From: Parasitella parasitica NRRL 2501
Taxonomy: Eukaryota; Fungi; Mucoromycota
Direction: 5' to 3'
DNA: 64,000 nucleotides
NCBI GenBank assembly: GCA_025201805.1
Contig: MU619338.1
Coordinates: forward strand, 7,894-71,893
The position numbers and the translations under genes were made by a program. Positions 1 through 13,177 of this stretch are shown here, piece by piece. Each line of letters begins with the position of its first letter. Position 1 is the first letter of the stretch. The notes beneath the pieces were generated by a model. The model had not been told where the DNA came from and ran no database searches. It was given only the letters and a program-made list of their open reading frames with translations.

Positions 1-378
1 AATAATCGTATATTTCATACCGCATAGCATAACGTAAATAGCCAATCCTCTTCAGATTGACATAAATCATAGCTGATATAGATTTCAAACTTTGAGGCAA
101 GGAAAGCTCTATTAACCGAGAATACAACAGTACAAACGGCTTTGTTATTTTGTGAATGGCGTAAAAAAAGTGTCATATATAGCAGCAGCATTGTACATTA
201 GTATCATGATAGCAATACTAGGCAAAAGAATCATAACCATTGAAGTTAATGAACGTACACACATCAGACATGTGCGGCTCAGTTTTCAAAGCACGTCATG
301 AATACATGTTAACAGATGTTTTTTCAACGTTTTTATCTTTCAATATAAACATTATAGCACAACCGCATAGCTCGTATT

Positions 379-814
379 ATGTCTGATCCAACCTTTGAAG
401 CCTTATCAAATATACCCTCTCATATTTCATCATTTTCCGTACATGCCAAGGATGGAAACATATTACAAGTAAGAGTCTTTTTTTTTTTTGAAAAAAAAAA
501 AAAACCTAGGAAATTGCTTTGTTTATTCGTATACCAATATATATGAAAAATAGAGTACACCAAAGTTCAAAAAAGAAACAGGGTTGGCTGCATATCAGTT
601 ACTATCTGATTCCTCGCAATTGGGGAAATCCACACCCGAGATCCAGCACGATAAAATAAAGAGAATCACAGGCAAGTACCGCAACAGTTAATCGACTAGA
701 AAATCTCACATGTGTGTTGCTATAGTTACATTCCCGAAACACTATCATGCATTTACAGTGTCAAACGATACGATCTATGGCATTGAAAGAACCAACAATT
801 CATCTGTACAGTAA
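379..814 (+). CDS. LAMTOR4: Ragulator complex subunit LAMTOR4-like roadblock protein (~98 aa; exons 379-468, 554-671, 726-814)
   Basis: Manual splice gives MSDPTFEALSNIPSHISSFSVHAKDGNILQST...KIKRITVTFPKHYHAFTVSNDTIYGIERTNN. This aligns by eye with human LAMTOR4 ([22 protein letters not shown]...[27 protein letters not shown]). Intron 2 is GC-AG. Not in the ORF track. Confidence 0.75.
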
Positions 815-1081
815 TTCACGGATGTCGATCCAGAGCTTTGTGATAATGATGATAATGAAGGGTTCGCACGTGGATTGAATAACCGCATTTCACACAAAAT
901 ACATCATAAATAAATTAAAGAAGGGTTCTATTTATAAGCACTTGTTTCAATTCTTTCTTCTCCAAAATCTTTGCATATTTTCATACCCATCGAAATATCT
1001 TGATACCAGGCAAACGTGTCAAAATTAGAGCAGCTGTCAGATCGATTTTTACGTATAGGCCGACATCCGTTTAAAATGTGC

Positions 1082-2488
1082 ATGGAATCAAACAAAAACG
1101 ACGAAAAGCACACAGATTTTGATGATCCCGATGAGCATGACCCTCAAACCTGCTGCTGCTGCCATTCAGATTCGCCCATGTATGCCAAGTTATGGCCTCT
1201 CATTTTCTTCTTATCAGCGCTCACAGATTTTCCAATGCCACTGCCGAAAGGCAAGAAACCAGGGCAACACAGAGATTGGGGATTGGTGCCAGTATTAATT
1301 GTCACTGGCATGGCAGCTTTCATCTATTACGGCTATGTACACAGCATTGTTTGTAAGTTGAGCATGTAGCGGGAAGGGTTATTTTGTTTATTATTATTGT
1401 TATTATTAGTGGTTTTGTTAAAGCAATTAGATCGCCAAGCGCAAGCCATTGCCTACCTCGTCCCTTTTAATATCTTGTGTATATTTTTTTTGATCTCATA
1501 TGGCAGAATTGCATCACAAACACCAGGACACCCTAATGTAAGTCTTTGTTTGTTTTCTGCAAACATAGAATTGACAGTATAGGGCTGATTTTTTTGGCCT
1601 AAAAAAGACATTGCGTGCTCACAAACCAGCGTCCACAAAAAACCAAACCAGCAACTCTTCGGCCATCAACATCGATCTAGCACAACAGAAGCCTGACTCT
1701 ATTCTGGGCGACCCAAGATGGTGCCATGCATGCCAAATTTGGAAACCTGATCGGGCTCATCATTGCAGAGTGTGTGATGCTTGCGTATTACGGATGGATC
1801 AGTAAGTGTTAAACATGGTGGCTTTTCAATGTAATTTTTAATTTGAATTGTTGCTGTTCATGTAGCCATTGCCCTTGGTATATATATATTTATATTAATC
1901 TGTTTATTGCGGCTTCCTGTTGGCGTTTACTTACTGCCAAATTATATGCATTATTGTAGGGTGAATGGTTGCGTTGGGGCTTTCAATTATCGATACTACA
2001 TCCAGTTTCTTTGCTATGTGTCACTGTTTGCTTCATTTACATTTTCTACCTCTTTGGCAGCATTTGTTGAATTCCATGGCTTGGTGAGATGTGCTCTACT
2101 AATACAGGATGGCTCATATTAACGTGTCTAGTATAATAGTCGATATTCGATAACGTAGCATTGGCCATTGTCATCATGTAAGTCCTACTGATTCTCACCG
2201 AGACATATACTGGCTATTTTTCTTTCTGTAATTCACCGAATTATTCAGTTCTGGGGTCGTTACGCTTTTGATAGGAACGTTCACAATGTCTCACATATGG
2301 CTTGTTTTACTCAATCGAACAACCATTGAAAATTCACAATTTCAAAGCTGGAACAATGCAAAAAAATCTGGCAATGCAGATAATAGACTTATAGACGTAT
2401 TCACTGAGAATGGGAGAAATGTATTCAATCAAGGATGTTGGAACAACTGGGTCGAAGTAATGGGACGCAATGTAGTTTTGTGGTTTTG
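1082..2488 (+). CDS. DHHC palmitoyltransferase (multi-exon; 3' end lost in assembly gap)
   Basis: [37 protein letters not shown] cysteine-rich domain across exons, TTIE motif, FNQG..NW motif and TM segments. Confidence 0.9.
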
Positions 2489-2534
2489 TAGAGTATTATC
2501 GCCAAGTTCATTATGTTCAGTATGCTAACTATTG

Positions 2535-2573
<39 letters not shown>

Positions 2574-2890
2574 NNNNNNNNNNNNNNNNNNNNNNNNNNN
2601 NNNNNNNNNNNNNNNNNNNNNNNNNNNNNNNNNNNNNNNNNNNNNNNNNNNNNNNNNNNNNNNNNNNNNNNNNNNNNNNNNNNNNNNNNNNNNNNNNNNN
2701 NNNNNNNNNNNNNNNNNNNNNNNNNNNNNNNNNNNNNNNNNNNNNNNNNNNNNNNNNNNNNNNNNNNNNNNNNNNNNNNNNNNNNNNNNNNNNNNNNNNN
2801 NNNNNNNNNNNNNNNNNNNNNNNNNNNNNNNNNNNNNNNNNNNNNNNNNNNNNNNNNNNNNNNNNNNNNNNNNNNNNNNNNNNNNNNNNN
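2574..2890. other. Assembly gap (N run) flanked by poly-T
   Basis: N characters. Confidence 1.
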
Positions 2891-2925
2891 TTTTTGTCTT
2901 TTTTTTTTTCTCTATTTTCAAATCA

Positions 2926-4245
2926 ATGTCATTTCTTAAAGATAATTCAAAGGGATCATCGCCTTCGATTCCGGCCTGTGACACAATCATTGACTTGACG
3001 TACGTAACTTAATACCACATGCAAAGCATCACCATGACTAATTGATTTCACAGCGCATTAAAAGGCGATGAATTACCAGCCAAAATACTCAAATTGATTC
3101 AAGAGCTTTTCCCGGAATATGCTGAAAATCTCGACAGAATTGAACTGGAAAGAGTTAGCGGGGCTCTCACCAAGTATGTCAAGTATGCAGTGGTGGAGGG
3201 AGTTCATGAATAGTAACACTCTATAGTGCTGTTTTCTTTGTAAAAGCTGCCAAGAGACGTCGCTTATTGTTGAGAGTATACGGTAATGGCGTAGATCAGA
3301 TTATTGACCGAGGAAATGAGTTGGCGTGGCTCGCACGTCTCTCAAGCTTGAGCATTGGTCCTAGCTTACTGGGAGTTTTCGGCAATGGACGGTTTGAAGA
3401 ATACTTGCCGTCAACCACATTAACGCACCATGATATTCGTGATCCTGAGACCTCAAAAGGAATCGCAGCATGTCTGCGTGAATTGCATGATATTGTAAAC
3501 GTTTTTCCATTCTCGGCCGAAAAAAATCATCTGGAAATTTGGGCCAACATTGATAAATGGTATCGTGTTGTGATGGGGCTGTTGCCTGTATTATACAAGA
3601 AGAGCGATGGCTGGGAGAAGGTGTTGGAAGCCTTCAATTTGGAGCTTTTGCCTTTCGAGATTGAAAAGTGCAAGCAAATAACGGAAGCTGCAAAGTCACC
3701 CATAGTGTTTGCACACAACGATGTAACTTTGATCGCAATATATAGTGTTTTGATTTGTACGCTGATACGATTCTCTCTCTCTCCCCTCCCCCCTCCCCCA
3801 AAAAAACATGTAATAGACTCAATACGGCAATATCCTCAAGTTGGAAAATACAAATGAGCTGGTGGTAGTTGATTTCGAGTATGCGGGCTACAATCCTCGT
3901 GGGTTTGATATTGCCAATCATTTCTGTGAATGGACCTATGATTATCACTCTGACCAACCCGCATCCATGGACCTCAGCAAATACCCCTCGCATGACGAAC
4001 AAATTTGCTTCTTGAACGCTTATCTCGACACCAAATCCAAACACGGTAATCTAGACGTTTTAGATAAAGCAGTTACAGTTGAATGCCTACAAAAGGAAGC
4101 TGCCATATGGTTAATGACAAGCCATCTATCTTGGGGTTTGTGGGGTTTGATTCAAGCCAGTCAAAGTGAGATTGATTTCGACTACTTTCTGTTCTCTACA
4201 CAACGTTTGAATGCTTTCCGTCTGGAGTTTGCAAAGTGGAATTAA
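2926..4245 (+). CDS. Choline/ethanolamine kinase (4 exons)
   Basis: VSGALTN, LLRVYG, FGNGRFEEYL, Brenner motif FAHND-TQYGNIL and VVDFEYAGYNPRGFDIANHFCEW. Confidence 0.93.
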
Positions 4246-4384
4246 GTTGTTTTATAGCAGTAATAATGATTGTATGATATATCCAAGGCAGTTTACAGAT
4301 AATGATGTGTATTCAAAACACTTTATTTATGTATATAAAGCAGTATTTTTAAATCTGATCACATTGTCGTCTACGTTACCGAGC

Positions 4385-7300
4385 TTAATCCAATGGCTCA
4401 GATTTCACTTTAACCTCCCTTTTCACAATGGCGCGATCTATAGGCTCAGCCTTGACATTTGCTTCTTCCTTGAACTTGTTGGGAGCAGTATGCTTGGGCT
4501 TTGCTCGTTTAAGCGGTCTCTGATCTGTCAAAGTCGAAGCAGAGACAAATCCACCCCGGTATTTGGCAGAGTGCTGAGATGACGATGACGATGATGAAGG
4601 CTGTGATTGACTTTGCGGCCCTTGGGATTGGGAATAGAAGCCTTGCGATTGCGAATCAGCATACTGAGTGGAATAGCCAGATTGCTTGCCTTTGTCTTTT
4701 TTGGTCACTAATTCATCATCGTCTGGAGGAGCAGGTTTGTCAAGCGTAGCAGCCAACATTGATCTTGTATCGTTATCCCACTCTGGGGGAATAGCCTGGC
4801 GATGCTTTCTGTTCATGTTATCAAAGAAACGAGTCCTAGTTTCCACACGGTATTCACCCCAAGAGTTTCGCTCCTCTGGGCACATACAATAAAGAAAGAA
4901 TTGTGATCGGGTCATGGCGACATATAACAAGCGACCTTCTTCAGACACATCGGAAGATAGTTGGCTTGGAATCGAGCCCTCGTTGCATGTAGCTATGAAC
5001 ACACACGGCCATTCTAAACCTTTGGCAGAATGTATAGTCGATATAGTAACCTTCCCCCCCTCAGCCTCTTCCTGCTCCTTTTGATGCGCGCTCATAGAAC
5101 AATATTCTAGAAACTGTACAATGTAGTCTTTTTCTTTGACCGGGATATCATACTCTTCGCCACTACATGGCTCTCTATTATCAATACCAATTGTAACAGT
5201 CGTTCATGTAAACTTACTTACTCTTTGTTGGGAATTTCTGTATCGTTGGAAGCCCTAGGACCAGCTGAGCTTCCATCGTGTCCTCTTTTTTAATAACAGA
5301 ATAGCGTAAGTATCGCATAAAATAAACGTAAAAAGATACGAGTCTTACGTATTTTGTGGAAGGTTAAAAGAATCCTTTGGCTGTCTATGAAAACCATTGT
5401 TATCGCATGTCATGCAGACAATCAAAGTATTCTTACTGCTCTGAAATGTCTACCAAATCCACTTCTTCATCCATTGTAAAGTCAGGAATACCCTCGTCAG
5501 CTGTAAAGTGCGGCACCTCTTCACTCTCATTAGCTAGCATTTGCTCGTCTTATCAATAACTAGCAATACAGCGCATGTCGTGATTTACCTTCATTATCCT
5601 CGTCTTCGTCTTCTGCAACTACTTCAGCATCTACAACATCCAAACTGTTGTGATTTGCATTTTGGCCTTGCTGTGTTTGAGATTGGCTTATAATAGGGTC
5701 ATCATCGCCTACGTGATGCTCTTCTTTCGATAGTGATATAAGTTCGCCAAGATTATTGTATCTAGCTTCATGATCTTGGAAATATTTGTCTTTTAAATAC
5801 TCCTTGTATTCGGTTGCAGTAATAATAAACTCTAGAATCTCTGAAATTTCAATCTAGAATTATCGTAGTTTGTGAACATTTAGTTTTACGCATATGTATA
5901 TATTTCAAGCTACCTTTTGTTCGATCATGGTCTTTACATCTTCGCATATCATTGCTAGCCCTCTGATCTTTAGGCGAATAGCGTTGTTGAACGCTCCTCT
6001 GTTCCTTCCAATAGCATGTAATGTTTCCAACATGCTTTCGTTCGGATGTGTTTCATGAAGAACAGCAATCTTCTTTATTGTAACTTCGCCAATTCCTCTT
6101 TTGGGTACATTGATGATGCGGCTATAGCTTTGATAGTCAAAGTTGTTGTATGAAAAAGCGAGGTATGCTAGCATGTCTTTGATCTCAATTCTGTCGAAAA
6201 ACCTATCGCCGCAAATCTACATTTTATACAGCAAGGCAAGTAAACAGCGTTAATCGTCAATTTCAATGACGAACGTAAAAAAAAAAAAAGTATATACTTG
6301 CAATGCTAAAAGGGATCCGCAGCTTTCTAAACGTCGCTTCAAACTTTCTTGAAGTGAAATTACTACGCATCAGAACTGCAAAATCTTTAAAGGAGACAAG
6401 TCCTTTGGAATATTTGATAACTTTTTTGATCTCTTTAGCCACAAACTCTGCCTGCGTATCCTCGTTTCTCGTTGACAAGATAGAGATGGGGATGCCCACG
6501 GGATTGTTGGTGTACAAAGACTTGTCAATACGTGTGACATCTAGTTAGTCTTGCTGGATCAGGCAGTGCTCCACGGCGAATACACTTAAGAAGTTAAGCA
6601 CTCACCTTGCTTGATAACATGCAATGCAGCGTCCAAGATGGCCTTTGTACTTCTGTAGTTTTGCTCCATGTTAATTGATTGAGTATCCAGATAATCATCT
6701 TGCATCTTGTTAAAGTTCTTGGGCTCAGCTGATCTCCAGCCAAAGATCGACTGATCAGGATCTGTTTAGCATGCATAAAAGTCAGACACTAAAATCGTCT
6801 ATTCGACGGTTTACTCTACCTCCAACGATGGTTACAGTTTTATCGGTATGCTGATTCTTGGTTATAAGCTTGATTAGATCGTACTGAACAACATTCGTAT
6901 CTTGATACTAATGGAAACAATGTTATACAATGTAAGGCTATCAGATGCGAAAGTGCTTTATACCTCGTCCACAAGCACAGCTTTAATATGAGCCAATACA
7001 TCCCTCTTTCTTCTAAACAGTTCGCATGCTTTGATTAAAATGTTGTCAAAATCCTAACCAAATTGAGAAAAACTTGATTAAAAACACTATGTATATTGGC
7101 TTCCATCCGGGTACTCACAACCAAATTATTATTGTAAAGCTCTTGTTCGTATGCCTCATACAAAACTGCAATGTTTCTTTTTGCGAAATCTTCAGAATAC
7201 ATTTCCTTGTATTGTGATGCTGTGATTCCTTCGCTCTTTGCTTTGCTAATTATGTTGGAGATAACCCCTAGTAAACACATTCCACATAAATAATCACTGC

Positions 7301-7901
7301 CAATAAAAAAAAAAAAGGCATCATATCATTTACCTGGCTTTTGCCTGGTTCGAGTGAATGAATCGATATCGAGTTTTTCGTCTTTCTGGAGTTTTTTGAT
7401 AATATCTTGACTGTGTAAAAGAGTGTCTTGTTAGAGACGAAATGGCATCAGCTGGTCGTACTTGCCTCACTTCTTTATCAGCTATGGTAAAGTTTGATTT
7501 CAGATCGACTACGGCTGCATTGTGTCGCAAAATACGAGAGCAGATTGAATGAAAAGTGCCAATCACCAAATTATCAGTATTCTTGTTGCCTATCATCGAG
7601 TAAAGTCTCTTTTTCATCTCATTTGCAGCTTTGTTGGTAAAGGTAACTACAATGACTTGCTGAGGCTTTGTGTTTTCATTGAGCACAAGGTGGGCAGCTC
7701 TGCAGGTCAAAACTATTGAAGAGGCATTTAGTTTTTATTATTATAAACTGGGATAAAAAAAAAACCTCTTGTCTTGCCCGAGCCAGGACCAGCCAAGATC
7801 TGCAGAGTCTTTGCTTTTGACAATACGGATTCTCGCTGATGTTCATTCAAAGTGCTCAACGTCTCTTGGAACTGCTGTCTGTAAAGAAGATCTTGTTCCA
7901 T
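4385..7901 (-). CDS. SRS2: UvrD/Rep/Srs2-family SF1A DNA helicase (multi-exon)
   Basis: AGPGSGKT, VTFTNKAA, GTFHSIC, VDE-YQDTN, GDPDQSIFGWR, NYRST, STIHSAKGLEW and EEGRLLYVAMTR. Confidence 0.92.
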
Positions 7902-8670
7902 ATGATTCCTGATGACGAAAATATAGAGAAAAAGGAAAAAAGGAAAAAGAACGAAAAGAGCATTGGAGAGACTCAAAGGGCTGCTGAGTGTCTTTTTTGA
8001 TTTAACCGTGTCACTTGCTTCTATCTCAAATGGTGTGGTTCCATTGCTTTTTGATCTGTGCAAGCATACTGCCCCTCCCCTCTCCCCCCCCCCCCGAAGC
8101 TCATGTCTATTCTCGCTCTGGCAGCATTGCACCCTTTTCTTATCTCGACCCGAGTCTGTCGTTTCCAAATGTGTCTTGAATCTTGAATTGTTTCGAGAGC
8201 AATCCTCTTTTACCTCTAAACGCTGCTATTGCGATATTTCAGCCGCAGCAGATTGGCATAATGGAGGTCACTGGCACCTTAATGCTCTAAAGTGCCATGT
8301 CGAGACATTGCGAAAAAGCCATATGTACGAGTTGCTAGAAGCACATGATGCGCGCGCCATGTCGCGATTGCATCGAGCACAGACGACTGGAGACGATTTT
8401 ACTGGGGATTCTTCCATTCATCAGTAGCTCCAACTGCTGCCAAACATTAGAATGTTCCAAACTCTATTGCAATGTGTGTATATCCCATTGATCCTGAGCA
8501 ATTGATAATACAATCACATAACGCGCTGTACACTGCACGCATAGCAAAATCAAGCAAGGGAAGGTTGCATGGCGACCCGTTTAAACAACAAAACTGACCT
8601 ATAAATAAGCACCAGAAGGCAAAATCTTTTTTCCCAAGTCTTTTCCCCCTTTTCTGTTTTCTTATCCATA

Positions 8671-9827
8671 ATGAACATATTTCGATTCAAATCAAGCTCA
8701 TCTGCTGCCAATAGCACGAAATCTGCTACACCATCGGTAGACTATGGGCCTATTACAAGCGACCCTCTTTTAACGCCACCCACAGAATACGAGCCTATCC
8801 TGAACCCCACGCTTGACGACGAGCAGAGACAAAAGATTGCAGACTTGCTGGCCTATATGGACACCATTATTCTCTCGGAACAAGACCCCTACTATCCTAA
8901 TGAAAGAGGTTTCGTGTCTAAAGAAACTGCCCATAGATACATGAGAGCAAGAAAGTGGGATTTTGAGGTATTTAATGACAAAATGGAGAATCGTGCGCTA
9001 CAGACATTCAGCGTCTCTCTTGCAATAGGCAGCCAAGAACATGCTGGAGAATACAGTCAAATGGAGAAGGGAATTCAAACCAGATCAACTAGATGCAGAT
9101 ATGATCCGTCTCGAGGTAGGCTACCATGCTCAAAAGAAACCCCCCCCCCCTCCCCTCGCCAAAAAAAAAAAAAAGCTTCTCGCTGCTAAGCTTTGTTGTT
9201 AGGCTGAAACTGGCAAGATGTATTTTAGTGGGTTCGACAAGGCTGGGCGCCCTCTTTGGATCATGAAGCCCCGTAATGAAAATTCTAAAGACTCTGACAG
9301 GCAAGTAAAGCACATTGTATTTTGCTTGGAGAGGGGCATTCGCTTGATGCCTGAAAACGTCGAGAAGATATCGATTGTCGTTGATTTCAAGGACTCGACC
9401 TCATCCAACAATGCCAGCATTGGTACATGCAAAAAGTTTTTGGACATTTTAGGGAACCATTACCCAGAGAGACTTGGCGTTGCATTTCTAGTTAATTGTA
9501 AGTGCACGGGGCAGCGCAATGACGATTGACAAGATGACTAACAACGCGTTGGTCGATAATTTAGCACCGTGGTTCTTCCTTACTACGTTCAAAGTGATTG
9601 GACCCTTTATGGACCCTGTTACCAGAAACAAGATCAAATTTATTAATTCAGATGATAATACCAAAAGCACAAACAACGACCAAATCAACATTGACGACTA
9701 TATACCTCTGAAGCAAATGGAAGTGAGCCTTGGCGGTCAGTACAACTTTGCATTTGACATAGACACTTATTGGAGTGCTCTTTTGAGAGAGACAGGAGAC
9801 CCTTACAAAGTGATAGAGTATAAATAA
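8671..9827 (+). CDS. CRAL-TRIO/Sec14-like lipid transfer protein (Pdr16/Pdr17-like)
   Basis: RYMRARKWD, GFDKAGRP, ILGNHYPERLG, PFMDPVTRNKI and LGG motifs over 4 exons. Confidence 0.9.
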
Positions 9828-9880
9828 AGTAGCATTGTCATTCTACAGCCATCGCGAAAAAAAGACGCGGCTCTTCAACT

Positions 9881-9950
9881 AGTGGCAGTGGCAGTGGCAG
9901 TAGCAGTGGCAGTGGCAGTGGCGGTAGCAGTAGCAATGGCAGTGGCAGTA
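9881..9950 (+). repeat. Imperfect (AGTGGC)n hexanucleotide microsatellite, ~12 units
   Basis: Direct tandem repeat between the CRAL-TRIO stop codon and the Mps1 start. Confidence 0.95.
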
Positions 9951-10074
9951 GTCAGACTTTGCTTTTTGTTTTTTTGTTGGGTACAAGCTTTTATTGAAAC
10001 TCTCCTTGTGAATTATTGCCTCTCTTTATCCGATAAAAATTATACCCTTACAATACGCTCTTCCCTATAACAAT

Positions 10075-12240
10075 ATGAGTGACCAGCCCTCACAGTCTAG
10101 AGACAGCTCCAGTAACAGAGCGCCATCTGTGGAGATTCTCTCTAAATATCCAATCTTTTCAAATACGTTGGATGTGTGGAAGGCTATCAAAGAGCTGGAG
10201 GAAGACGATTTTCAAGATGACAACATTGATATCGATTTTGAGGAAGATCAGGCCTCAAGCATGAGTTTTCAAGAGGTGAGTGCAGTCATTAAAAGCAGAC
10301 AATCAAAAAGAGCCACATTAATCTCGAATGAGCAGCATCATAGCAATAGCGCCACAGTGGAAACGTCAGCGAGAGACGAGATTACCGTCGACGAGATGGA
10401 GAATCGCCAGCGATTGTCTAGTGCAAATCGGCAGGAAGAGGACGGACCCATGACACATCATGTAAATTGCCTCAGCCATACCGTCTCATAAGCACTGCCT
10501 ATACTAACATGTTTCTTACAGTCTCCAATTCGAGCTGCTCAAACGGAATACACATTGTAAGTCTTTTACATTGGGATATTCAGCAGCTATTAACAGACAG
10601 TCAAGTCCTAGAAATGTGCGTAGGAAACTAGCCGATGCAGCATCCAGTCCTTCATCCGCACCAGCATCCACAAATAGAGACTCGCCGATGACACGGCCTT
10701 CACCACCATCAGCTTTGACTACCTCCAATATAAGCATGATGGCTACGCCTACAGACCTACCTTCTTCACCCTCCACTGGAAGCATTGAAGGTAAATTAAA
10801 AAAAAAAAAAAATGGGGCCCCATAACCATCTTGGAAAACAAGACGTATTTAAACATTCATAGGACCATTTGATAATGCCAATGACGCTGGCAGTCTTGAG
10901 CGCAATGTTTCTTCGTTAGACATAGCCGTCGATAGTCCTTCAACGGTAATAATATCATGCAGCTAAAAGGCAATCATATACTCATATACGGCTGTAGAAA
11001 GAGTCGCCTTCATCGAAATCGGATAGTAAAAGAAGAGCATCCCCACCTCGACAGCAGCATACGCCTCCCATCGTCACCAGAACATCTTCAGAGTCACCAC
11101 GGCCACGGCCTGAGCAGTCGAGACCAGTGGATCATTTTGCGAAACCTGCAATCATCCCAAAGAAATCCAACGGAAACTACTCGAACCACTCGTACACAAA
11201 TTATGATCGCAAAGTACCACAGGCTCCTCGTGAACAAGAGAAAATAACTGTACGTAGGACCTAGTGTAGACGCATTCTTTATTAAACCACAATTATACGT
11301 GTATATATAGATCAACAAGCACGATTATACCATTTTAAAGGAGATTGGCAGAGGAAGCTCTGGCAAAGTATTTCAGGTTCTGGGGCACACATTTGGTCAG
11401 ATATTAGCTCTCAAATGGATCGAAGTGAAACACGAGGAAGATCGCAAAAGTATTATGAACGAAATAGAGTTGCTGAAATCGCTGGATGACCACGACACCA
11501 TTGTAAGTTTACTGGATTACAGAGCAACCCCTTCTGTCATTTTCATGGTGATGGAATTTGGCGAAATCGACCTTGCTCAATTGATACAAAGGCAGGCTCA
11601 AAAGAAATGGGACATCAACTTTATTAGGTATTACTGGAACCAGGTAAGACAACAAAGAGAGAGAGAGAGACAGAGAGAGAGCTGAGGCTGTGGTAGCGTT
11701 GCACTCTAACACATTTCTTAGATGTTGCATGCTGTGTACATTATCCACCAGAACAACATTGTTCATTCGGATCTAAAGCCTGCTAATTTTGTGGTGGTGA
11801 AAGGATGGCTCAAATTGATTGACTTTGGCATAGCAAAGAAAGTGTCTGATGATACGACGAATATCGAGCGGGTGGTTCAAGTGGGTACTATCAACTACAT
11901 GTCGCCCGAAGCATTATTAGATATCAACGAGGGGAGAGGAGAAGCAGGCAGCTTGATGAAGCTAGGTAGACCTAGCGATGTGTGGTCTCTAGGCTGTATT
12001 TTATATCAAATGGTATATGGCAAGACTCCCTTTTATCATTTATCACTAGCACAGAAAATCATCTGCATACCTAATCCTAGCTACAAGATTAATTTTCCAA
12101 CGACTGTGCCGAATGGAAAGAATTCAAGACCCATTGAAGTGCCTCCTTTGCTTCTCAAAGTATTGAAAGGCTGCTTAAATCGCAACCCCTCCGTGCGCCC
12201 ACTCCTCACTGAATTGATGTTTCACCCATTTGTAAATTAG
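10075..12240 (+). CDS. MPS1: Mps1/TTK-family protein kinase
   Basis: IGRGSSGKV, MVMEFGEIDL, FIRYYWNQML, HSDLKPANF, DFGIAK, QVGTINYMSPEAL and SDVWSLGCILYQMVYGKTPF; long Ser/Pro-rich N-terminus. Confidence 0.9.
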
Positions 12241-13177
12241 CTCTCATTGTACATTTTTTTTTCGCTCTTTTTCCCCCAGATTATACACGTATTTAAAAAA
12301 AAAACAAAAACAAAAACAAACAAACATACTTATTTACGTATATTTTGCTTGATTTAAAAAGTGTCTTTTTTTTTTTTTTGACAGTGTCCTAATGCATATA
12401 GCACAAAAGAAAAAAAAACTTACTTTCAAGATTATGTATGCTTATAACTAATATTTGGTTTTCTGCCTGACCTGTGCATAGTTCCACTATTGACATGTAT
12501 AGAATCGTTTTCTCTATTCAATGGACGAAATAAAATAAAAAAAAAAAACAAGACTTCAGTACAAAAGTTTCGTCATTGATTTCTTTCTGAGTTTTGGTCG
12601 AGAGATGGTTCAAAACGTCCATTGTATTCATTTGAGTTTCAAGACGTTGCATGCTCATACCAGGTAAATCTGGAGAATGACAACTGCTCCCTTCGACTTA
12701 CCCTCCAAGGCATTTTGATAATTTTGTTTTGCACATTTTCTTTGAATGCTTTTTTAGTTTTTTCCTTTTGATATCATTTTACAAGAAGATCAGGAGAGAG
12801 GAAAAAACATAGGAGAAGAAACTATACCAAAATCAGGAAAAGCAAGGTTATGTTTTACCCGAACACGGAACAAAAAAGGTACCCCACTACTATACGAACC
12901 AATAAATGCATATAACTGAACTGAATTATAACTTTTATCAGCTAAACCCAATTATTGAAAGCATGCAAGGAGGCTTAAAAAAACGCATGCGTTAATAAAC
13001 AAGTTTCGGATGTTGTCATACACATGGTGATCCTTCTGTTTCTGCAAGAAATTCGAAATTAAATGATTAATAAAGATAAAATATACAAATATGGCATGGA
13101 ATACAGAATAATTTTCAAAAGATGAGATGATTTATTATGAATTATAAACGGGAAATGTAATATGTCGTGAGTGTCGA

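Noticed and set aside
2513-2998. ORFs spanning the N gap
   Set aside because: Artefacts of poly-T and N runs.
7963-8427. 154-aa ORF between Srs2 and the CRAL-TRIO gene
   Set aside because: TTG start, no recognisable motif, and it lies in a divergent promoter region.
9882-10070. AVAVAV ORF
   Set aside because: Translation of the hexamer microsatellite from a GTG start.
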